Positions 1-10,580 of a DNA stretch of 64,000 nt are shown piece after piece. The position numbers and the translations under genes were made by a program. Source of the stretch: Candidatus Omnitrophota bacterium (GTDB lineage: Bacteria > Omnitrophota > Gorgyraeia > Zapsychrales > Zapsychraceae); contig DATDQB010000024.1 of the NCBI GenBank assembly GCA_035292445.1, positions 267 to 64,266 of the forward strand, in the 5' to 3' direction. The first letter of the stretch is position 1, and every line of letters starts with the position of its first letter. The notes under the pieces were generated by a model. That model had not been told where the DNA came from, did not search any database, and saw only the letters and a program-made list of their open reading frames with translations.

Positions 1-3000
1 TCATCCGCCGGCATCAACTGGGATGAGATCAATACCATGACAGAGGCCGGCATCAACTGGAGCGATATCGGTGTCATGACCGACCAAGGTATCAATTGGT
101 CGGATATCGGCGTCATGAGCGATTCAGATATCAATTGGACGAACATTGGCGACCTCTCAACAGCCGGCATCAATTGGGATGAGATCAACGCCATGACAGA
201 AGCGGGCATCAATTGGGATAACATCGGGGACCTTTCAACAGCCGGCATTAATTGGGATGATATCGAAGCATTGACCACAGCAGGCATTAATTGGACTGAC
301 ATTAACGTTTTGACGCAAGCCGGCATCAATTGGGATGATATCAATGCCATGACGGATGCGGGCATCAACTGGAGTGATATCGGGGTGATGAGCGACGAGG
401 GCATCAATTGGAGCGATATTGGCGTGATGAGCTCTTCCGATATTAACTGGACAAATATCAGTGACCTCTCCAGTACCGGGATCAACTGGAGCGATATCGG
501 GGTCATGAGCGATTCCGATATCAATTGGACCAATATCGGTGATCTTTCAACTGCCGGCATCAACTGGGATGAGATCAATACCATGACCGAGGCCGGCATC
601 AACTGGAGCGATATCGGCGTCATGACCGAGCAGGGCATCAACTGGAGCGATATCGGGGTGATGAGCGATTCAGATATCAATTGGTCGGATATCGCCGATA
701 TGTCTAGCGTTGGCATTAACTGGGAGGACATCAATGCCTTAACGGAAGCGGGTATTAATTGGGATAACATAGAAGAGCTCTCAACGGCCGGCGTCAACTG
801 GGACGGCATCAACGACATGACGGAAGCCGGTATTAATTGGGATGATATCAGCGTATTAAGCGAGGCCGGCATTAATTGGAATGACATCGATGCGATGAGC
901 GAAGTTGGCATTAATTGGACCAATATCGGCGATCTCTCAACGGCGGGCGTTAATTGGTCGGATATCGGCGTCATGAGCACCCGGGGCATCAACTGGGATG
1001 ATATTGGTGTATTAACTGAAACGGGCATCAATTGGGATAATATCGGCGAAATGTCCGATGCCGGCATTAATTGGAATGAGATCGGCGTCATGGCGGAGGC
1101 CGATATCAACTGGGACAACATTTCTGATCTTTCAACCGCCGGCATCAACTGGGATGAGATCAATGCCATGACGGAAGCCGGCATCAACTGGAGCGATATC
1201 GGCGTCATGACCGATCAGGGTATCAACTGGAGCGATATTGGGGTCATGAGCGATTCAGATATCAACTGGTCCAATATCGGTGATCTTTCAACCGCCGGCA
1301 TCAACTGGGATGAGATCAATGCCATGACGGAAGCCGGCATCAACTGGAGCGATATCGGCGTCATGACCGATCAGGGTATCAACTGGAGCGATATCGGGGT
1401 CATGAGCGATTCAGATATCAACTGGTCCAATATCGGTGATCTTTCAACCGCCGGCATCAATTGGGATGAGATCAATGCCATGACGGAAGCCGGCATCAAC
1501 TGGGATGACTTGGCGTTCATGTCAACACAAGGCATCAATTGGTCGGATATTGGCGTTATGTCTGACCAAGGCATCAATTGGAGTGATATAGGGGATCTCT
1601 CCTCGGCAGGTATTAATTGGGATGATATCCAGGAGCTCTCAACCACCGGCATCAACTGGAATGACCTGGATGTGATGACAGAAGCCGGCATTAACTGGTC
1701 GGATATCGGTGCTATGACGGAGGCCGGCATCAACTGGAGCGATATCGGGGTGATGACCGATCAGGGTATCAACTGGAGCGATATCGGGGTGATGAGCGAT
1801 TCTGACATCAACTGGATCAATATCGGTGATCTGTCATCCGCCGGCATCAATTGGGATGAGATCAATGCCATGACGGAAGCCGGCATCAACTGGAGCGATA
1901 TCGGCGTCATGACCGATCAGGGTATCAACTGGAGCGATATTGGGGTCATGAGCGGATCAGATATTAACTGGACCAATATCAGCGACTTATCTTCTGCCGG
2001 AATTAACTGGGGTGATATTACCGATTTAAGTGAAGCCGGCATTAATTGGGATAATATCGGCGATCTCTCATCCGCCGGCATCAATTGGGATGAGATCAAT
2101 GCCATGACAGAGGCCGGCATCAACTGGAGCGATATCGGCGTCATGACCGAGCAGGGCATCAACTGGAGCGATATCGGCGTCATGACCGAGCAGGGTATCA
2201 ACTGGAGCGATATCGGGGTCATGAGCGATTCCGACATCAACTGGTCTGACATTGGTGTCATGTCAACATCGGAGATTAACTGGACCAATATCGGCGATCT
2301 TTCTTCCGCCGGCATTAACTGGGATGAGATCGCTGTCATGGCAGAAACCGGCATCAACTGGGATGATCTGGATGTGATGTCAGATGCGGGCATCAACTGG
2401 AGCGATATCGGCGTCATGACCGAGCAAGGCATCAACTGGAGCGATATCGGCGTCATGACCGAGCAAGGCATCAACTGGTCGGATATCGGAGTGATGTCAA
2501 CATCAGATATCAATTGGACAAATATCGGCGACCTTTCAACCGCCGGCATCAACTGGGATGAGATCAATGCCATGACAGAAGCCGGCATCAATTGGAGCGA
2601 TATCGGGGTGATGACGGACCAGGGCATCAACTGGAGCGATATCGGGGTGATGAGCGGATCAGATATTAACTGGATTAATATCAGCGACTTATCTTCTGCC
2701 GGAATTAACTGGGATGATATTCAAGAACTTTCAACTACCGGCATCAACTGGGATGAGATCAATGCCATGACAGAAGCCGGCATCAATTGGAGCGATATCG
2801 GGGTGATGACGGACCAGGGCATCAACTGGAGCGATATTGGGGTGATGTCCGATCAAGGCATCAACTGGTCTGACATAGGGGTGATGTCAACATCAGATAT
2901 CAATTGGATCAATATCAGCGACTTATCTTCTGCCGGAATTAACTGGGATGATATTCAAGAACTTTCAACTACCGGAATTAATTGGTCGGATATTGGGGTG

Positions 3001-6000
3001 ATGACAGATGCCGGCATCAATTGGTCCGATATCGGGGTCATGAGCGATTCCGATATTAATTGGACTGATCTCAGTGAAATGACTTCCCAAGGCATTAATT
3101 GGAGCGATATAGGCGTCATGAGCGATCAAGGGATCAATTGGAGCGACATTGAAGAAATGAGCACTCAAGGGATCAATTGGTCTGACATTGGGGCAATGTC
3201 CACAGCAGATATCAATTGGACGAACATCGGCGATCTTTCTTCAGCCGGCATCAATTGGGATGAGATCGGCGTTATGGCAGAGGCCGGCGTCAATTGGAAT
3301 GACCTAACGGCTTTGACCGAAGCCGGCATCAACTGGTCGGATATCGGCGTGATGAGCGATCAAGGCATCAACTGGTCTGACATCGGCGTCATGAGCGATC
3401 AAGGCATCAATTGGTCTGACATTGGGGCAATGTCCACAGCAGATATCAATTGGACGAACATCGGCGATCTTTCTTCAGCCGGCATCAACTGGGATGAGAT
3501 CGGCGTTATGGCAGAGGCCGGCGTCAATTGGAATGACCTAACGGCTTTGACCGAAGCCGGCATCAACTGGTCGGATATCGGTGTTATGAGTGAGTCCGAC
3601 ATCAATTGGTCTAATATCGGCGATCTCTCATCAGCCGGTATTAACTGGAATGATATTACGGCCATGACAGAGGCAGGTATCAACTGGTCGGATATCGGCG
3701 TCATGTCCGATCAAGGCATTAATTGGTCTGACATCGGCGTCATGAGCGATCAAGGCATCAATTGGTCTGACATTAACGTCATGTCCGATCAAGGCATCAA
3801 CTGGTCGGACATTGGGGTCATGAGCGATTCGGATATCAATTGGAGCAGTATTGGTGATCTTTCTACAGCAGGCATTAATTGGGATGAAATTACTGCCATG
3901 ACAGAGGCAGGTATCAACTGGTCGGATATCGGTGTCATGTCAGAGCAAGGCATCAACTGGTCGGATATCGGCGTCATGTCCGATCAAGGCATTAATTGGT
4001 CTGACATCGGCGTCATGAGTGATTCCGACATCAACTGGTCTGACATTGGGGCAATGTCCACAGCAGATATCAATTGGACGAACATCGGCGATCTTTCTTC
4101 AGCCGACATCAACTGGGATGAGATCAATGCCATGACCGAAGCCGGCATCAATTGGAGCGACATAGGCGTCATGACCGAGCAAGGCATCAACTGGAGCGAT
4201 ATAGGCGTCATGAGCGATTCCGACATCAACTGGTCGGATATCGGCGTCATGAGCGATTCCGACATCAACTGGTCTGACATTGGGGCAATGTCCACAGCAG
4301 ATATCAATTGGTCTAATATCGGCGACCTCTCATCAGCCGGCATCAACTGGGATGAGATCAACACCATGACCGAAGCCGGCATCAATTGGAGCGACATAGG
4401 CGTCATGACCGAGCAAGGCATCAACTGGAGCGATATAGGCGTCATGAGCGATTCCGACATCAACTGGTCGGATATCGGTGTCATGTCCGAGCAAGGCATC
4501 AACTGGAGCGATATAGGCGTCATGAGCGATTCCGACATCAACTGGTCGGATATCGGTGTCATGTCCGATCAAGGCATCAACTGGTCTGACATTGACATTA
4601 TGTCTGACCAAGGGATCAACTGGTCTGACATTGACATTATGTCCGACCAAGGGATTAATTGGTCGGATATCGGTGTCATGTCCGATCAAGGCATCAACTG
4701 GTCAGACATTGACATCATGTCCGATCAAGGCATCAACTGGTCGGATATCGGGGTGATGAGTTCTCAAGGCGTCAATTGGACTAGTATCGGTGATCTCTCA
4801 ACGGCCGGTATCAATTGGAACGATATTGACATCATGTCCGATCAAGGCATCAACTGGTCGGATATCGGGGTGATGAGCGGCCAGGGCATCAACTGGTCGG
4901 ATATTGGGGTGATGAGCTCGCAAGGCATCAATTGGAGCGATATCGATATTATGAGCGATGCCGGCATCAACTGGTCAGACATTGACATCATGTCCGATCA
5001 AGGCATCAACTGGTCGGATATCGGGGTGATGAGTTCTCAAGGCGTCAATTGGACTAGTATCGGGGACCTTTCAACGGCCGGTATCAATTGGAACGATATT
5101 GACATCATGTCCGAGCAAGGCATCAACTGGTCGGATATCGGGGTGATGAGCGGCCAGGGCATCAACTGGTCGGATATTGGGGTCATGAGCGATTCCGACA
5201 TTAACTGGACCGATCTAAGTGAAATGACTTCCCAAGGCATCAACTGGTCGGATATGGCGGAGATGACCACCGCTGACATCAACTGGTCGGATATCGGGGT
5301 GATGAGCGATCAAGGCATCAACTGGAGCGACATAGGCGTGATGAGTGAAACCGGCATCAACTGGAGCGATATCGGGGAAATGACCACCTCCGGCATTAAT
5401 TGGGATAATATTCAAGACATGACGACGACCGGCATCAACTGGGATGATATCGGCGCGATGGCTTCATCCGGCATCAACTGGACTGATATGGCGGAGATGA
5501 CCACCGCTGACATCAACTGGAGCGATATCGGTGTCATGTCCGATCAAGGCATCAATTGGAGTGATATCGGCATAATGAGTGAAGCAGGCATCAACTGGAG
5601 TGATATTGGGGAAATGAGCGCCTCCGGCATCAACTGGGACAATATCGGAGATATGTCAACGGCGGGCATCAACTGGGAAGATATAACTGTAATGACAACC
5701 CGTGGAATAAATTGGGATGAGATCGGCGTCCTGTCTGATGCGGGTGTTAATTGGGATAATATTTCGGATCTTTCAACAGCGGGGGTGAACTGGGACGGCA
5801 TCAACGACATGACAGAAGCGAACATTAATTGGGACAATGTTGCGGAAATGTCAACAACAGGCATCAATTGGAGCGATATCGGCGTGATGAGCGAATCCGG
5901 CATCAACTGGGGCGATATCAATATCATGAGCGATGCCGGCATTAATTGGGCTGATATAGGCGAGCTCAGTGCCTCAGGCATCAACTGGTCGGATATCGGG

Positions 6001-9000
6001 GTCATGAGTGAAACGAACATTAATTGGGATGATATTGGAGCGCTAACCACTTCTGGCATCAACTGGGGCGATATCAATATCATGAGCGATGCCGGCATTA
6101 ATTGGGCCGATATAGGCGAGCTCAGTGCCTCAGGCATCAACTGGTCGGATATCGAGGTCATAACCGAACAGGGCATCAACTGGTCTGATATCGGGGTCAT
6201 GAGCGATCAGGGCATCAACTGGAGCGATATCGGCGAGCTTTCAGCGGCCGGCATCAATTGGTCGGAGATCGGGGTTATGGCAGAGACTGGTATCAATTGG
6301 GATGACCTTCAGGCATTAAGTACATCAGGCATCAACTGGGATAACATCGGGGATCTCTCTACGGCTGGTATCAATTGGAGTGATATCAATATCATGAGCG
6401 ATGCTGGCATTAACTGGTCGGATATCGGCGTTATGTCCGATCAAGGCATTAACTGGTCAGATATCGGGGTCATGAGCGATCAGGGCATTAATTGGAGTGA
6501 TATCAATGTCATGAGTGAAGCCGGCATTAATTGGGCTGATATCGGAGAACTCAGTTCCTCGGGCATCAACTGGTCTGAAATCGGTGTTATGACCGAAGCC
6601 GGGGTCAATTGGGATGATATCAGCGCCTTAACCACCTCAGGCATCAATTGGGATGATCTGACGTTCATGACCGAAGCCGGTGTCAACTGGGATAACATCG
6701 GGGATCTCTCAACGGCTGGCGTTAACTGGGATAATATCACGGTGATGACGGAGGCCGGCATCAACTGGTCGGACATTGGCGTCATGACCGAGCAAGGCAT
6801 CAACTGGAGCGATATCGGCGAGCTTTCTTCCGCTGGCATCAATTGGAGCGATATCGGGGTCATGAGCGAAACGAATATCAATTGGGATGACCTTCAGGCA
6901 TTGAGTACGACCGGCATCAACTGGGATAATATCGGGGATCTCTCAACGGCCGGCGTTAACTGGGATAATATCACCGTGATGACGGAGGCCGGCATTAACT
7001 GGTCGGATATCGGGGTCATGTCTGACCAAGGCATCAACTGGAGCGATATCGGCGAGCTTTCAGCGGCCGGCATCAATTGGAGCGATATCGGGGTCATGAG
7101 CGAGACCAACATCAATTGGGATGATCTGACTTCCTTGACGGAAGCCGGCATCAATTGGTCGGATATCGGGGTCATGTCTGACCAAGGCATCAACTGGAGC
7201 GATATCGGCGAGCTTTCAGCGGCGGGTATTAACTGGTCTGATCTAAGGGTCATGGGTGATGCGAATATTAATTGGGACAATATCGGAGACCTATCAGCGG
7301 CCGGCATCAATTGGTCGGATATCGGGGTGATGAGCGAGACCAACATCAATTGGGATGACCTCCAGGCATTGAGTACGACCGGCATCAATTGGGATAATAT
7401 CGGGGACTTATCAAGTGCCGGCATCAATTGGGATAATATTGGGGATCTCTCAACGGCCGGTATTAACTGGGGCGATATTACAGTCATGAGTGAACAGGGC
7501 ATTAATTGGGCCGATATAGGAGAACTTAGTTCTTCAGGCATCAACTGGAGCGATATCGGGGTGATGACCGAGCAAGGCATCAACTGGAGCGATTTGACGG
7601 CCTTGACCGAGGCCGGCGTCAATTGGGATAATATCGGGGATCTTTCATCGGTCGGCATTAATTGGGATAATATTAGTGCTATGGCGACGGCCGGTATCAA
7701 TTGGGAAGACATTAGCGCCATGAGCGCCTCGGGTGTCAATTGGGACAGCATTGGCGAACTCTCGGTTGCTGATGTCAACTGGGATAACTTGAGCGAGCTT
7801 TCGGCAGCCGGCGTTAATTGGGATAATCTTAATGTCATGACCGAAGCGGGCATCAACTGGAGCGATATCGGCGCATTAAGTGCTGCGGGCGTGAATTGGG
7901 ATAGTATCGGCAATCTTTCGGCAGCAGGCATCAACTGGGATGATATCGGCGCCATGTCCGATCAAGGTATCAATTGGGCAGACATAGGTGTCCTGACCGA
8001 AGCCGGTATCAATTGGGATGATGTGGGAAGGATGAGCACGGTCGGCATCAATTGGGATGATATCCGGTCTTTAACGCAAGCCGGGATTGATTGGAGCAAT
8101 ATTCAGGAAATGACGGTAGCCGGTATCAATTGGGATGATATCAGCGATATGACGGCTGCGGGCATCAACTGGTCGGATATCGGGGTCATGGCGGCTCAGA
8201 ATATCAATTGGGAGGGCATCGATGTTTTAAGCGATGCCGGCATCAATTGGGAGGATATCGGGAACCTTTCCGAAGCCGGCATCAATTGGGAAGATATCGG
8301 CACCATGGCCGCCTCCGGCATCAACTGGGATGACCTTGAGGCCATGACCACCACCGGCATCAACTGGGATGATGTGGCCTTCATGACGGGTGCCGGCATC
8401 AATTGGAGCGATATGGGTGTTTCCACGACACAAGGCGTCAATTGGAGCGATCTTGCCTTTATGTCCAATGCCGGCGTCAATTGGGACGGCATTGCGTACC
8501 TGGCCGATAACGCCTCGACGCTCATTAGTAACGTCAACACGATCCTTACGACGATACAAAGCCTTGAGAGCATTATCGGAACATCCGCTGACTCGCTGGT
8601 GGATGGGACGCTATTCGGGACGATCAATGAGATCTTGTCTGTTGTCAACGGGCTGAGCCCGGCAGATATCACGGCGATCTTAGCGGCCGTGACGAATATC
8701 GAGGACTTGTTAGGAGTCCCGGGTGATGCGGCCAGCGAAGACACGGTATTCGGCGATCTTTTGCAGACCCAGGAATTCGTCGATACGCTGGAAACGCTTT
8801 TAGGCACGGCTACCGATGCTCCGGAGCTGGAGTCTGTTTTTGGCAAGTTGAACTTTATCTCGGATGCCGCCAACGATGCGGATAACAGTGCCGGAGCCGT
8901 CCTATCCATCGTCACTGAGCTCAGGGATGACGTAGGCGTCAATGGCCAGACACCCAAGCTGTATGACCTTATCCAAAATTTAGCTGTCGAATTGGAAGAT

Positions 9001-9267
9001 CTATCGGGGATCGTCGACAGCATTTCCGACAGTTCGCTCGATTCCAATGCCATTACAGAGGAGATCGTGTCTTTATTGACGGAATTGGTCAACAAGAGCG
9101 CCGAGGCGGCAGGCCTAGAGATGGAAGTCGAAGAATTGGGTCCGGGCGCGGACATGGAAGCAGTTAACGAACGGCTTTCAAAGATCGAGGCCATCCTGCA
9201 GGCCATCCAAGAATCCATTGTCGATGATAAGATATCGGTCAAGACTTACTTTGAAAGCGCTGGTTAG
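1..9267 (+). CDS. Giant acidic repeat protein, 5' truncated (>3088 aa), probable surface/secreted protein
   Basis: The frame is open from base 1 (SSAGINWDEINTM...), so Met at 37 is internal. 13-aa repeats run to ~8490, then a ~255 aa non-repeat helical C-terminus; stop at 9265-9267. Confidence 0.9.
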   Translation, partial: SSAGINWDEINTMTEAGINWSDIGVMTDQGINWSDIGVMSDSDINWTNIGDLSTAGINWDEINAMTEAGINWDNIGDLSTAGINWDDIEALTTAGINWTDINVLTQAGINWDDINAMTDAGINWSDIGVMSDEGINWSDIGVMSSSDINWTNISDLSSTGINWSDIGVMSDSDINWTNIGDLSTAGINWDEINTMTEAGINWSDIGVMTEQGINWSDIGVMSDSDINWSDIADMSSVGINWEDINALTEAGINWDNIEELSTAGVNWDGINDMTEAGINWDDISVLSEAGINWNDIDAMSEVGINWTNIGDLSTAGVNWSDIGVMSTRGINWDDIGVLTETGINWDNIGEMSDAGINWNEIGVMAEADINWDNISDLSTAGINWDEINAMTEAGINWSDIGVMTDQGINWSDIGVMSDSDINWSNIGDLSTAGINWDEINAMTEAGINWSDIGVMTDQGINWSDIGVMSDSDINWSNIGDLSTAGINWDEINAMTEAGINWDDLAFMSTQGINWSDIGVMSDQGINWSDIGDLSSAGINWDDIQELSTTGINWNDLDVMTEAGINWSDIGAMTEAGINWSDIGVMTDQGINWSDIGVMSDSDINWINIGDLSSAGINWDEINAMTEAGINWSDIGVMTDQGINWSDIGVMSGSDINWTNISDLSSAGINWGDITDLSEAGINWDNIGDLSSAGINWDEINAMTEAGINWSDIGVMTEQGINWSDIGVMTEQGINWSDIGVMSDSDINWSDIGVMSTSEINWTNIGDLSSAGINWDEIAVMAETGINWDDLDVMSDAGINWSDIGVMTEQGINWSDIGVMTEQGINWSDIGVMSTSDINWTNIGDLSTAGINWDEINAMTEAGINWSDIGVMTDQGINWSDIGVMSGSDINWINISDLSSAGINWDDIQELSTTGINWDEINAMTEAGINWSDIGVMTDQGINWSDIGVMSDQGINWSDIGVMSTSDINWINISDLSSAGINWDDIQELSTTGINWSDIGVMTDAGINWSDIGVMSDSDINWTDLSEMTSQGINWSDIGVMSDQGINWSDIEEMSTQGINWSDIGAMSTADINWTNIGDLSSAGINWDEIGVMAEAGVNWNDLTALTEAGINWSDIGVMSDQGINWSDIGVMSDQGINWSDIGAMSTADINWTNIGDLSSAGINWDEIGVMAEAGVNWNDLTALTEAGINWSDIGVMSESDINWSNIGDLSSAGINWNDITAMTEAGINWSDIGVMSDQGINWSDIGVMSDQGINWSDINVMSDQGINWSDIGVMSDSDINWSSIGDLSTAGINWDEITAMTEAGINWSDIGVMSEQGINWSDIGVMSDQGINWSDIGVMSDSDINWSDIGAMSTADINWTNIGDLSSADINWDEINAMTEAGINWSDIGVMTEQGINWSDIGVMSDSDINWSDIGVMSDSDINWSDIGAMSTADINWSNIGDLSSAGINWDEINTMTEAGINWSDIGVMTEQGINWSDIGVMSDSDINWSDIGVMSEQGINWSDIGVMSDSDINWSDIGVMSDQGINWSDIDIMSDQGINWSDIDIMSDQGINWSDIGVMSDQGINWSDIDIMSDQGINWSDIGVMSSQGVNWTSIGDLSTAGINWNDIDIMSDQGINWSDIGVMSGQGINWSDIGVMSSQGINWSDIDIMSDAGINWSDIDIMSDQGINWSDIGVMSSQGVNWTSIGDLSTAGINWNDIDIMSEQGINWSDIGVMSGQGINWSDIGVMSDSDINWTDLSEMTSQGINWSDMAEMTTADINWSDIGVMSDQGINWSDIGVMSETGINWSDIGEMTTSGINWDNIQDMTTTGINWDDIGAMASSGINWTDMAEMTTADINWSDIGVMSDQGINWSDIGIMSEAGINWSDIGEMSASGINWDNIGDMSTAGINWEDITVMTTRGINWDEIGVLSDAGVNWDNISDLSTAGVNWDGINDMTEANINWDNVAEMSTTGINWSDIGVMSESGINWGDINIMSDAGINWADIGELSASGINWSDIGVMSETNINWDDIGALTTSGINWGDINIMSDAGINWADIGELSASGINWSDIEVITEQGINWSDIGVMSDQGINWSDIGELSAAGINWSEIGVMAETGINWDDLQALSTSGINWDNIGDLSTAGINWSDINIMSDAGINWSDIGVMSDQGINWSDIGVMSDQGINWSDINVMSEAGINWADIGELSSSGINWSEIGVMTEAGVNWDDISALTTSGINWDDLTFMTEAGVNWDNIGDLSTAGVNWDNITVMTEAGINWSDIGVMTEQGINWSDIGELSSAGINWSDIGVMSETNINWDDLQALSTTGINWDNIGDLSTAGVNWDNITVMTEAGINWSDIGVMSDQGINWSDIGELSAAGINWSDIGVMSETNINWDDLTSLTEAGINWSDIGVMSDQGINWSDIGELSAAGINWSDLRVMGDANINWDNIGDLSAAGINWSDIGVMSETNINWDDLQALSTTGINWDNIGDLSSAGINWDNIGDLSTAGINWGDITVMSEQGINWADIGELSSSGINWSDIGVMTEQGINWSDLTALTEAGVNWDNIGDLSSVGINWDNISAMATAGINWEDISAMSASGVNWDSIGELSVADVNWDNLSELSAAGVNWDNLNVMTEAGINWSDIGALSAAGVNWDSIGNLSAAGINWDDIGAMSDQGINWADIGVLTEAGINWDDVGRMSTVGINWDDIRSLTQAGIDWSNIQEMTVAGINWDDISDMTAAGINWSDIGVMAAQNINWEGIDVLSDAGINWEDIGNLSEAGINWEDIGTMAASGINWDDLEAMTTTGINWDDVAFMTGAGINWSDMGVSTTQGVNWSDLAFMSNAGVNWDGIAYLADNASTLISNVNTILTTIQSLESIIGTSADSLVDGTLFGTINEILSVVNGLSPADITAILAAVTNIEDLLGVPGDAASEDTVFGDLLQTQEFVDTLETLLGTATDAPELESVFGKLNFISDAANDADNSAGAVLSIVTELRDDVGVNGQTPKLYDLIQNLAVELEDLSGIVDSISDSSLDSNAITEEIVSLLTELVNKSAEAAGLEMEVEELGPGADMEAVNERLSKIEAILQAIQESIVDDKISVKTYFESAG
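10..8490 (+). repeat. Coding tandem repeat, 39-nt/13-aa unit, consensus GINW[SDT]DIG[VDE][ML][ST][DET][AQS], 218 units in window
   Basis: Trp codons at 19, 58, 3958, 6181 and 8482 all fall on a 39-nt grid; (8482-19)/39=217 exactly. Confidence 0.95.
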
Positions 9268-9269
9268 GG

Positions 9270-10577
9270 ATGAGACGAAACGATCGTATTTTTAAATATG
9301 TGCCATGGGTTGTTGTTTTGCTTCTCATCGGCGTCTTGACGCCTTACGCGTGGGCCGATCTGTATCTGAACATATTGGCCGTTAACGGCTCCGATGTGGC
9401 CAGAGAGAAAGAGATCAGCCAAGTTCTGCCAAAGGAATTAACGGCCGAAGATATTTTGGATACGGATGGATTAAGGCTTGAATATGATGTGGAAACCGGG
9501 GCTTATATGGTCAGCGGCACGGTGGCCTTGGCCCCCAAAGAATCAAAGACGTATAAGATCTTGATCCGCGATCTTTGGAAATTTGACGAAGAGCAAGTTG
9601 GCAAAGTCCGTGAGCAGGTTGAGGTCAGTCTTAAACAGCTTGAGGGCACGGAATATTATGATGTAGGGAAGATCAAGAAGCAGGTGTTATTGCAGAGGCT
9701 TGATTTTCTTCTGCAGGAGCAGGCCAGGTTTGCAGATAACATTGAAAAGCGTATGGATACATTTCGCGTCTATGAGCAGGAAATGGCTACCCTTCGGGAA
9801 CACGCCGGGTCGATCAAATACTGGCGGACAAAGCTCCCGGATACGGAGGATGCGGATGTTTTTTACTTTATTATTGAGCTGGAGAATCCGACGGACGAGC
9901 CGGTCATGAATAACCAGAAATATTATCTTCCTAAAGAGGTAACACCAGAGCATTTCGTTGATTTGCAGGACTTTGATATCCGTTATGATTCGATCAAGCA
10001 GAAATCCTATCTGATAAAAGAAGAGGAATTAAAGCCCAAGGAGGTCAAGCGCTATAATATCGCTCTCATTGATGTATGGAATATTAAGCAGAAAAATTTA
10101 GATAACTTGAAGGAGCGGGCCAAGTATGCGTATCAGTACATTGAGCCGACGAAATATGTAGAGAACGCAAAATATCTGATGGGGAATATCAAGAAGAATT
10201 TTGAGACGATCGAGGGGATTCAGGCCCGGGAAAAGAGCATCAATGAGCATATCAGCGTTTATCGCAGGAATGTCGAACGATTCGCCTCCACCCGCAAAGA
10301 CGTGGAGGCCTTGGAAGAGCTGTTGGAGGTCATCCGCGAAGAACTGAAACGAAGCAAGGTCGAGAATGTCTTGAAGAAGATCCGCGGATTAAGGACGCTT
10401 GTCGACATTGCCAAAAGCATCATGAAGAAACCGGTCGATCAAGTGGCGTGGAATATCATCATGGCCATTCTTATTTTCGTGGGTGTCGTGACCATCATTA
10501 ATTTTGCCATTTGGGGGAGCCGTTCCAAGAATATTGATGAAAAAGAAGAAACGAAAGAAGAGAAAAAAGGATCCTAA
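9270..10577 (+). CDS. Exported, C-terminally membrane-anchored hypothetical protein with a two-fold internal duplication and coiled coils
   Basis: Signal peptide ending AWA-D; TM helix WNIIMAILIFVGVVTIINFAIW; LPKE...D(L/V)W block repeated 167 aa apart. Confidence 0.8.
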   Translation: MRRNDRIFKYVPWVVVLLLIGVLTPYAWADLYLNILAVNGSDVAREKEISQVLPKELTAEDILDTDGLRLEYDVETGAYMVSGTVALAPKESKTYKILIRDLWKFDEEQVGKVREQVEVSLKQLEGTEYYDVGKIKKQVLLQRLDFLLQEQARFADNIEKRMDTFRVYEQEMATLREHAGSIKYWRTKLPDTEDADVFYFIIELENPTDEPVMNNQKYYLPKEVTPEHFVDLQDFDIRYDSIKQKSYLIKEEELKPKEVKRYNIALIDVWNIKQKNLDNLKERAKYAYQYIEPTKYVENAKYLMGNIKKNFETIEGIQAREKSINEHISVYRRNVERFASTRKDVEALEELLEVIREELKRSKVENVLKKIRGLRTLVDIAKSIMKKPVDQVAWNIIMAILIFVGVVTIINFAIWGSRSKNIDEKEETKEEKKGS

Positions 10578-10580
10578 CAT

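Noticed and set aside
10-8490. Possible CRISPR array or non-coding satellite
   Set aside because: No unique spacers; variation is codon-structured in one open frame.
1371-9242. Many long minus-strand ORFs (QLMP repeats) over the giant gene
   Set aside because: Antisense shadows of the repetitive coding frame with no independent features.
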